Positions 1-6,301 of a stretch of 16,739 nucleotides of DNA are shown here, one piece after another. The DNA lies in assembly GCA_038227875.1 (NCBI GenBank), contig JBBRPR010000103.1, forward strand, positions 1 through 16,739, read 5' to 3'. The notes below the pieces were generated by a model, which saw only the letters and a program-made list of their open reading frames with translations, did no database searches and was not told where the DNA came from. This DNA is from Planctomycetota bacterium (lineage in GTDB: Bacteria > Planctomycetota > SZUA-567 > H5-PLA8). The position numbers and the translations under genes were made by a program. Numbering within the stretch: position 1 is the first letter of the stretch; each line of letters begins with the position of its first letter.

Positions 1-9
1 CGTTTTCAT
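1..9 (-). CDS. 5' end of a gene running off the left edge (Met-Lys-Thr...), product unknown
   Basis: Minus strand reads AAAGAAAGGAAGTACCT-ATG AAA ACG, a purine-rich SD-like tract just before ATG at 9..7. Only 3 codons are visible. Confidence 0.55.
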
Positions 10-146
10 AGGTACTTCCTTTCTTTGCCCACGGAGCGACACGAAGGCGCTAGGCGCTTTGATCGGTGTGCTGGGTTGTGTGGGAGAAAGTTGGCGAGCG
101 CCGGACCGCGTTTCAGCGATAAGGACGGACGTTCGCAGGTGGGTGA

Positions 147-176
147 AGATTACCCTAATGTGGGGGCGGTTGGCAA
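147..176 (-). promoter_or_regulatory. Putative sigma70-type promoter for the left-edge gene
   Basis: Minus strand TTGCCA (176..171), 18-nt spacer, TAATCT (152..147), about 140 nt upstream of the ATG at 9. Confidence 0.4.
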
Positions 177-206
177 GGGAAAAGTGGAGAGATTTTAGCA
201 CTTCCG

Positions 207-301
207 GCGCCCTTTCAGGGCGCTGCCGTGACGGGGAAATCGGTCCGGGGGCTCGGCCTTTCAGGCCGGCCCCCGGCTATGCTCCGTGGTCCCTTCGGGA
301 C
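207..301. repeat. Triple-hairpin REP-like element
   Basis: Three stems, all with a TTC loop: GCGCCCT-ttc-AGGGCGC (207-223); CCGGGGGC-t-CGGCCT-ttc-AGGCCG-GCCCCCGG (245-276); GTCCC-ttc-GGGAC (289-301). Confidence 0.65.
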
Positions 302-461
302 TTGGATTGGTTGGGCGACGCGCTCCCGGCTGACTTGGCCCCCAGCCCCTCTTTTTTTATAGGGGGAGAAATGCGCGTCGTTTCGCTCATCGGGTATCTG
401 CGAAGTCGGTTGTGTTTTGAGGTTGGCGAATCCGTCCTGGAGCTTCTTGTTGCTAACGCAA

Positions 462-486
462 CCCGGCCCGAGGGGCCGGGCCACCC
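462..486 (-). repeat. Single REP-like palindrome (GTGG variant of the GTAG type)
   Basis: CCCGGCCC-gag-GGGCCGGG (462-480) followed by CCACCC. The minus strand reads GGGTGG-CCCGGCCC-ctc-GGGCCGGG. Confidence 0.5.
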
Positions 487-491
487 TTCGT

Positions 492-527
492 AAAAAAACT
501 CGCCGCTGAAAAGCGGCGAGTTTTTTT
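492..527. terminator. Bidirectional intrinsic terminator downstream of the 562..2523 gene
   Basis: Perfect 16-bp inverted repeat AAAAAAACTCGCCGCT-gaaa-AGCGGCGAGTTTTTTT with 7-nt U tracts on both strands, about 35 nt past the stop codon. Confidence 0.92.
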
Positions 528-550
528 CTCAGTCCTCAGTCCTCAGTCCT
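528..550. repeat. Heptamer tandem repeat (CTCAGTC)x3
   Basis: Three exact copies at 528-548 plus a partial copy, between the stop codon of the 562..2523 gene and its terminator. Confidence 0.85.
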
Positions 551-561
551 TCCGTCCTCCC

Positions 562-2523
562 TCACGCCACGTTCGCGATCATCGTGGCGTCTTGCGGGGC
601 GGGGATGCGTTTGCCGTTGACGAAGAGTTGCTCGGCGTTGAAGTCGGCGCGGACTTGCGTGCCGTCTTCGAATTCGGTCTGTTCGACGCCGGGAGCCAGT
701 TCGGTGTGGCTCATCAGTTCCAGCGTCTGCAGGTAGCCGTACTTTTTCAGGGCGAGGTCGTAGTTGGTTTTCAGGGCGGCGATCAGCGTGTCGTTGAGCA
801 CGGGCATGATGCCGGGGTGCGCGGACCATTCGACGCGGGGGTGGTCGCCGAAGAGGACCGTGCGCATCGTGTCCTTCCATTCCCAGCCCTGGTTTTCGAG
901 CACGATCAGACCGTGCATCGCCAGCTGCCAGAGCGGGACGCGTTTGTCGATCAGTGAGGAGATCGGCCATTCGGCGCGCTGCAGTTGGATGTGATAGCCG
1001 CTGGCGCAGTTCTCGACGAAATCGGCGTTGATCGTGGCGTAGAGGAATCCATTCTCGGTGCCGACGGCGCCGAAGACGTTGCGCGCAGAGGAGAGAATGC
1101 GGTCGACGCCTTTGCAGTAGCCGCTGCGCGGGCCGCCGTGCTTGCGGTGATAATTGACGCGCAGGGGACTGCCCATCGCGTCGATGTAGAGCGGACCTTT
1201 CATCCCGAGTGCTTTGAGTTGACGGAAGGGCTGTTCGAGTTTTTCGTCGGAGAGCGCTTCGATCCAGCGGAGGTACGTAACTCCCCCGCCCCACACGCCG
1301 CCAGCGGACGGGTCGCCGAACATGTCGTGGATGACGGTGTCGACGTCAAAATCCGGCGAAGACGTGTAGGTGCTCAGGCAGTTGTCGTGGACGTTCATGG
1401 CGTAGCCGAGACTGGATGCCAGGCCGATCAAGTCGCGGAAACCGGACTCACCGCCGAGGCGTTCGTCAATGGGAAAGCGCGTGGGCCAGAGGCCGTCGTG
1501 GCCGCGGGGATTCCAGCCGACGCCGTGGCCGAGAATTTTGTCGATTCCGGCGTGGCGGAGTTTGCGCAGGCCTTCACCGGCTTCCGCAAAGTTCATCACG
1601 CGGCGGTAGGTGATGTTCCCTTCCTTCGGTTTGCCTTCCATCATGATGCCGCGGTTTTCGACGGCGAAGAAGAGCTTCATGATGTAGGCGTTGAGCATGT
1701 AGGCCACTTCCGGCGATTCGGCGGCGCGTGCTTTGAGCGTCGGTTTCTTCAAGTCGTCCATAACGTGGCGGCGCAGGCGCTTGGCGGTGGCGTGAACGGC
1801 GTCGGCGCCGGGAGCGAGGGGCGCGTAACGGAGTTCGCGGTTTTCCAGGTCGACGGGATCGGGCCAGAACATGCGCAGCGAGACGGCGAAGCCGATGTCG
1901 CCGCCGCCGGCGCCGTCGGTGTTGAGACGGCATTCGGTGTCGGGTGCGCCGGACGCGGCCAGCGCGATCAGGCCGCCATCGGGGCCGTGCGCGGCACAGA
2001 TGGGCATCAGCGGGAGCAACTCCCAGCGCTGCTGCTCGCCGTAGATCATGAAGCGTTCGGAGACTTTTGGTTTGCCGTCGGGATGGCAGACGGCGCCGCT
2101 GGCCAGCGGGAGCACGAAACTGGCACGGCTGCGGCTCGAGCGTTCCAGACGCATCAGGCCGGGGAGTATGTTGACGGACTTCAGGCGGAAGAGCGTGGTG
2201 TTGGTTTCGTAGATTTCCGTCGGCGGGACGAGCACGGCCAGTTCGCCGTTGAGGATCCGCACCCACACGCCGAGGCTGACGTGCTTGGCGGAGCTGCCGA
2301 CGATGACGTGGACGCCGTGGTTGACTTTGGCGACGGAATCGATGCGGAATTCGGTCAGCAGCTCGACGCGGTCTTCGGCTTTGTCGAAGACTTCCAGTTC
2401 GAGCAGCGGGACGCGCCCCCATTTCTTGCCGTGGGCGAGATCCTCCAGGGCGAGAAAGAGCTGGCTGTGTTCGCGGCTGAGCGTGGCGCGCAGACTTCCG
2501 TCCGAAAAGATCACGTCGTCCAT
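562..2523 (-). CDS. DUF5696 / GH129-GH101-like glycoside hydrolase (TIM barrel), 653 aa, no signal peptide
   Basis: GWNPRGHDGLWPTRFPIDERLGGESGFRDLI...LGYAMNVHDN resembles the GWxxxGYD..P....LGG...F..L...GY...HD pattern of these families. LYIDA and GTENG are candidate catalytic Asp and Glu. AGGAGA SD upstream, strong terminator downstream. Confidence 0.72.
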   Translation of the reverse strand: MDDVIFSDGSLRATLSREHSQLFLALEDLAHGKKWGRVPLLELEVFDKAEDRVELLTEFRIDSVAKVNHGVHVIVGSSAKHVSLGVWVRILNGELAVLVPPTEIYETNTTLFRLKSVNILPGLMRLERSSRSRASFVLPLASGAVCHPDGKPKVSERFMIYGEQQRWELLPLMPICAAHGPDGGLIALAASGAPDTECRLNTDGAGGGDIGFAVSLRMFWPDPVDLENRELRYAPLAPGADAVHATAKRLRRHVMDDLKKPTLKARAAESPEVAYMLNAYIMKLFFAVENRGIMMEGKPKEGNITYRRVMNFAEAGEGLRKLRHAGIDKILGHGVGWNPRGHDGLWPTRFPIDERLGGESGFRDLIGLASSLGYAMNVHDNCLSTYTSSPDFDVDTVIHDMFGDPSAGGVWGGGVTYLRWIEALSDEKLEQPFRQLKALGMKGPLYIDAMGSPLRVNYHRKHGGPRSGYCKGVDRILSSARNVFGAVGTENGFLYATINADFVENCASGYHIQLQRAEWPISSLIDKRVPLWQLAMHGLIVLENQGWEWKDTMRTVLFGDHPRVEWSAHPGIMPVLNDTLIAALKTNYDLALKKYGYLQTLELMSHTELAPGVEQTEFEDGTQVRADFNAEQLFVNGKRIPAPQDATMIANVA

Positions 2524-2575
2524 TGTGAGCGGTTCTCCTGTCGTCGCGGGTGAGAGGGATCGTCGGTCGCCAAAT

Positions 2576-2604
2576 ACCCTATAATACAGTCTGCGTTAAA
2601 TCAA
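2576..2604 (-). promoter_or_regulatory. Putative sigma70-type promoter for the glycoside hydrolase
   Basis: Minus strand TTGATT (2604..2599), 17-nt spacer, TAGGGT (2581..2576), with a very AT-rich tract immediately upstream. Confidence 0.4.
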
Positions 2605-2645
2605 TATTATAAAGTTCATTAAGATTTATATATGTATTTTATATC

Positions 2646-2665
2646 ATAGGGAAAATTTTCCCTAT
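2646..2665. promoter_or_regulatory. Perfect 20-bp palindrome, candidate transcription-factor operator
   Basis: ATAGGGAAAATTTTCCCTAT is its own reverse complement and lies in a divergent intergenic region. Confidence 0.6.
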
Positions 2666-2703
2666 CCTGTTTTGGTGTATGGAAACGGCGGCGTTTGAAC
2701 GTT

Positions 2704-2726
2704 GCGAATTTGCGTAACAAATTCGC
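2704..2726. promoter_or_regulatory. 9-bp inverted repeat upstream of the 2779 gene
   Basis: GCGAATTTG-cgtaa-CAAATTCGC, about 50 nt before the ATG. Confidence 0.4.
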
Positions 2727-2778
2727 CGTGACGTTGTCAGAAAGGAGCGGTTCTACAAAACCGGAACGGAGTCCTTGA

Positions 2779-3726
2779 ATGCGTTACTTTGTCATGGTGA
2801 TCGTGGTGGTCGCGACGCTGGCGTTTGCCGGCGGGGCGCTGATCTGGCGTTCGACGGAGAGTACGAAGCGGCTTCACGGCACTGCGGAACCCCCGCAGAT
2901 TCCACCGCCTGTGCTTCCGAACGTGCCGCCGCCCGATCCCAAATTGGCTCAGCTTGCGGCGTTGGCAAAAGCCCAGGCGCAAGCTCAAGCTCAAGCCCAA
3001 GCGCAGGCGCAGGCGCAACTGCGCGCCGTGCCGGTGCCCAAGCGGAGCGTCACGGTCAGCCGCACGCATCTTGCGGCGGTGGCGACGCGGGAGCCGAAAT
3101 GGGAGGTTGCGTTTAAAGATGCGTTCGACGATGCGGCGGCTCCGCAGCGTGTTTCCAAAGGTGACACCGGAACCGTGGAGTACTTCGAAGCGAAAAAGGC
3201 GCTGTTGCTGAAGAGCGACGACGAAGGCGAGGTCTACGCCGGCATTCGCGCGTCGCTACCGGGCGATCTGCGCGTGCGTTTTAAAGCGCTGCGGCCGAAG
3301 ACGTCTGAGCAGGTGAGCATCGGGCTATTTTTCGGCGTGCAGGGAGCGCCGGGGACGATGGATGGTTATTTTGCCGAATGGGCGCGCGGCATCGCGCAGA
3401 TCAAGCGTGAGCGCCAGATCTTGAAGAGCGTCGATGCGCCCACGCCGGAGACCGCCGACCGCTGGGTCAACCTGGAACTGCGCCGCGTCGGCGGGACGAT
3501 CACGATGTTGATGGAGAACACGGTAGTCTTATCGTTCGACGACCCCGCGCCGCTGTTGGATACCGCACACGACCAGTGCGCGTTTTACATCTGGTCGGAC
3601 CAGACGCTGATCCGCGATGTGGTGATCGAACGGAACGCCAACGACACGATCAAACCCGTCCCACCGGGAACGCCCGCCAAGCCGAAGGTTGTGATGCCGA
3701 CGCCGGACACGTCCGCGGATTTCTGA
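2779..3726 (+). CDS. Membrane-anchored or secreted protein: N-terminal hydrophobic helix, Pro-rich and (AQ)8 linker, ConA-like beta-sandwich domain, 315 aa
   Basis: MRYFVMVIVVVATLAFAGGALIW; GGAG SD; the C-terminal part has the F.D.F ... GD.RV.F ... RW..LELRR.GGTI ... F.D..PL ... IRDV.I pattern seen in DUF1080/LamG-like folds. Confidence 0.6.
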   Translation: MRYFVMVIVVVATLAFAGGALIWRSTESTKRLHGTAEPPQIPPPVLPNVPPPDPKLAQLAALAKAQAQAQAQAQAQAQAQLRAVPVPKRSVTVSRTHLAAVATREPKWEVAFKDAFDDAAAPQRVSKGDTGTVEYFEAKKALLLKSDDEGEVYAGIRASLPGDLRVRFKALRPKTSEQVSIGLFFGVQGAPGTMDGYFAEWARGIAQIKRERQILKSVDAPTPETADRWVNLELRRVGGTITMLMENTVVLSFDDPAPLLDTAHDQCAFYIWSDQTLIRDVVIERNANDTIKPVPPGTPAKPKVVMPTPDTSADF

Positions 3727-3731
3727 TCTGC

Positions 3732-3786
3732 TTTGTAGTCCGGGGCCGGAGTCACCGTGGTCCGGGCGAGCCGCCCGGACTACAAA
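3732..3786. repeat. Inverted doublet of GTAG-type REP sequences, may also act as a terminator
   Basis: Outer 13-bp inverted repeat TTTGTAGTCCGGG / CCCGGACTACAAA. The right unit is GTCCGGGCG-agc-CGCCCGGAC-TAC; the left unit is a shortened GTAG-TCCGG-gg-CCGGA. It starts 5 nt after a stop codon. Confidence 0.75.
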
Positions 3787-3857
3787 ATGCGACTTTGAAA
3801 TCGACGGTTTTCCGGTACGCATGCGTGTATCCATCTCATTCATTCGGGGAGAAACGC

Positions 3858-4385
3858 ATGTTCCGGAAATCCGTGCTGGCCTTTCTGTCGCTCGCGGTCT
3901 TCGCCTGCGCGGCTGAAGACGCGAAGCTCGACATTCAATTGAAAGACGTCAAGAAGCAGTCGACGCTGATCATCAAGACCAAGGCGAAGAAGGCCGAGAT
4001 CGGCATTGCGCTGGGCAAGGTGTATCCGAAGGTGTTCGCGTTTCTGAACGCCAATAAGATCGCTCCGTCCGCGCCGATTGCGCTGTACACCACGGCCGAC
4101 GGCGAAAACTTCGAGATCGAAGCGGGCGTTGTCGTGCCGGACGGGACCAAGGGCGAGGGAGAGATCGTGGCCAGCGAACTTCCCGCGGGGAAAGTCGCGG
4201 CGACGATCCACACCGGTCCGTACGAGAACTTGCCCAAGACGTACGCGGCGGTGATGGAATGGCTGAAGACCAGGGAACAGAAGATGGCCGGACCGGCGTG
4301 GGAAGTTTATGTTTCCGATCCGGGCAAGACGAAGCCGGAGGAGTTGAAGACGGAAGTAAACGTGCTCGTGGCAGAAAAGAAGTAG
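3858..4385 (+). CDS. GyrI-like small-molecule-binding domain protein with signal peptide, 175 aa
   Basis: Start reassigned to ATG 3858 (GGGGAGA SD). ELPAGKVAATIHTGPYENLPKTYAAVMEWL and WEVYVSDP...PEELKTEV are typical GyrI-like motifs. Confidence 0.88.
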   Translation: MFRKSVLAFLSLAVFACAAEDAKLDIQLKDVKKQSTLIIKTKAKKAEIGIALGKVYPKVFAFLNANKIAPSAPIALYTTADGENFEIEAGVVVPDGTKGEGEIVASELPAGKVAATIHTGPYENLPKTYAAVMEWLKTREQKMAGPAWEVYVSDPGKTKPEELKTEVNVLVAEKK

Positions 4386-4418
4386 CGGAGTCGCAACACG
4401 TCGCGGAGAGCATCCGTC

Positions 4419-6215
4419 ATGGCGAAAAAACCAGCGCGCTCACGGAAAACTGCGTCCAAAAAGCTGACGCGGCGGCAGGTGATCGACCAGATCATGAAGC
4501 TGGTCGCGGCGGCTCCGGCGGCCGGCGCCACGCTGCCGGCGGCGTGGACGTCGCGCAAGCATTGGGAGAAGACGTTTTCGCCGCGGAACAAATTCGCCGC
4601 GCCGGTGCTCGAGACACTGCAGGAGCTGCCGGGCTTTACGGAGCTGGCGCCGAGGCCGGATACGATCGCGGGCTGGGCGAAGCTCTTTGGCGTCGACAAC
4701 CAACTGGCGTGGACGCTGGGCGAGATCAATGCCAGCGCCAGCTTCACGCCGATCCACCGGCCGCGCATCCGTCACTGGCGCGACGCGTTTGGCAAGGATG
4801 AAGCGATCCAGCGGGTGCGGCCACAGGAATCGTTCGACTACATTCATAATCCTCATCGCGGGACGACGACGTTTCAGCGCTTTCAAGGCGAAGCGCTCGA
4901 CGTCTCGTTCGCGTGGCACGACTGGGAAGGGCCGATCGATTTTCCGCGGAAGACGAAGGCGGGAGAGAACGTCAAATTTGTGCCGCGCACGACGCTGACG
5001 TACTGCCGCTGGCCGTGGGCGTGGATGGAGCCGCAGAAGGGCAAGTACCACTGGGATTTTGTCGAAGCCACTCTGAACACGGCGCGGGAGCGCGGGCAGA
5101 CGGCGCAGTTGCGCTTTCAACCGTACGCGCGCGCGGTCGATTACAAAAAGCAATCGCCGAAGTCGAAGCGTCATCCGCCGGAAATTTCTGTCGACGTGCC
5201 GGATTGGTACTGGGACACCGGCGCGGCGTGGATTGAGCACGGCCCGTTCGGCAAGAACGAACCGGACTGTAACGATCCGCTTTACGTGAAGCATTTCAGC
5301 GATTACGTGCGCGCGTTTGGCGAACGCTTCGATGGGCATCCGGACCTGGAGAGCGTGGACATCGCGTACGCGGGGTTCTGGGGCGAAGCGGGCGGCAATT
5401 CGACCGAGGCGACCGCGCGGAAACTGGCGGACGTGTATCTGGAGAGTTTTCCGAAGACGCAATTGGTCGGGATGCTCGGCACACCCGGCATGGTTCACGC
5501 GTTTAAAGCACGGTCCGCTGGCGGCAAGCCGGTCGGCTGGCGCGCGGATTCGTACGGCGATTATCACATCGCCAACGTGCTGGATGTGCCCGAGCACCTG
5601 GGCTGGAACCACATGATCGATTGTTACGCGCAGACGGTTCACGAGGCTGGGGCCAGCGACGCCTGGAAGACCGCGCCGGTGACGATGGAAGCGTCGGCGA
5701 CCGTGGCGCATTGGGTGATGTACAACTACGACATCGATCGCATTATTGAAGAAGGCTACAAATACCACACGTCGGTGTTCATGCCGAAGAGCGTCTTTTT
5801 TCCGGAGAAGACGATGGAGAAGCTGCTCGCGTTCGACCGGAAGATTGGCTACCGCTTCGCGGTTCGTCAGATCGTGCTGCCTCTGGAAGCACGACCGGGC
5901 GCGACGGCGTCGATTTCGCTGTTCGCGGATAATGTCGGGTGTGCGCCGATCTACCGGCCGTACCGGCTGGCGCTGCGCTTCAAGCAGGGCGCGAAGAGCC
6001 ACGTGGTGAAGCTGCAGGAAGACATTCGCACGTGGCTGCCGGGGCACAACGTCTGCGTCGAGAATTTCACGATTCCGGCGGATCTGGAGGGCGGCGATGC
6101 GACGGTGGCCCTCGGCATTGTCGATCAGACGAACACGCCGAAAGTGTGGTTCGCCATCGATGGCAAGACCGATGACGGCTGGCATCCGCTGACGAGTATC
6201 ACTGTATTGAAATAG
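4419..6215 (+). CDS. DUF4832-domain putative glycoside hydrolase (GH-A-like barrel) with ~130-aa N-terminal extension, 598 aa
   Basis: NPHRG, YCRWPWAWMEPQKGKYHW, VPDW, FGERFDGHP, GFWGE, KIGYRF, NVGCAPIY and DIRTWLPG motifs. GGAGA SD. Confidence 0.75.
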   Translation: MAKKPARSRKTASKKLTRRQVIDQIMKLVAAAPAAGATLPAAWTSRKHWEKTFSPRNKFAAPVLETLQELPGFTELAPRPDTIAGWAKLFGVDNQLAWTLGEINASASFTPIHRPRIRHWRDAFGKDEAIQRVRPQESFDYIHNPHRGTTTFQRFQGEALDVSFAWHDWEGPIDFPRKTKAGENVKFVPRTTLTYCRWPWAWMEPQKGKYHWDFVEATLNTARERGQTAQLRFQPYARAVDYKKQSPKSKRHPPEISVDVPDWYWDTGAAWIEHGPFGKNEPDCNDPLYVKHFSDYVRAFGERFDGHPDLESVDIAYAGFWGEAGGNSTEATARKLADVYLESFPKTQLVGMLGTPGMVHAFKARSAGGKPVGWRADSYGDYHIANVLDVPEHLGWNHMIDCYAQTVHEAGASDAWKTAPVTMEASATVAHWVMYNYDIDRIIEEGYKYHTSVFMPKSVFFPEKTMEKLLAFDRKIGYRFAVRQIVLPLEARPGATASISLFADNVGCAPIYRPYRLALRFKQGAKSHVVKLQEDIRTWLPGHNVCVENFTIPADLEGGDATVALGIVDQTNTPKVWFAIDGKTDDGWHPLTSITVLK

Positions 6216-6218
6216 CAG

Positions 6219-6273
6219 TTTGCACGATTCTGTATGCCATTTGCAGGATTGTGTTACTCGCGCGTCGTATCCT
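6219..6273 (+). promoter_or_regulatory. Tandem direct-repeat operator plus candidate -10 box for the downstream operon
   Basis: TTTGCACGATTCTGT (6219-6233) and TTTGCAGGATTGTGT (6240-6254), 13/15 identical, period 21 bp. TATCCT at 6268-6273. Confidence 0.5.
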
Positions 6274-6301
6274 CTTTTGGGTCTCAAAGAGGAGCGCATG
6301 C

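Noticed and set aside
1..140. Identifying the left-edge gene (MKT..., as in some ribosomal L13 proteins) or a riboswitch in its leader
   Set aside because: Three codons cannot identify a gene, and I recognise no riboswitch consensus in the leader.
59..493. ORFs 59..493 (+) and 215..484 (-)
   Set aside because: They cross palindromic repeats and a promoter-like region, with no recognisable motifs or convincing RBS; probably non-coding.
985..2553. 522-aa plus-strand ORF and similar long antisense ORFs (4440..6314, 7212..8390, 12694..13626, 15027..16304, 16292..16735)
   Set aside because: Antisense shadows of well-supported genes, expected in GC-rich DNA with strong codon bias.
2580..2585. Perfect TATAAT on the plus strand as promoter of the 2779 gene
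   Set aside because: No -35 or extended -10, about 200 nt from the start codon, and likely by chance in an AT-rich tract.
3576..3857. Longer ORF-track starts at 3576, 6251 and 7152
   Set aside because: They overlap upstream genes, repeats or promoter sequence. Downstream ATGs at 3858, 6302 and 7215 have good SD sequences and match domain boundaries.
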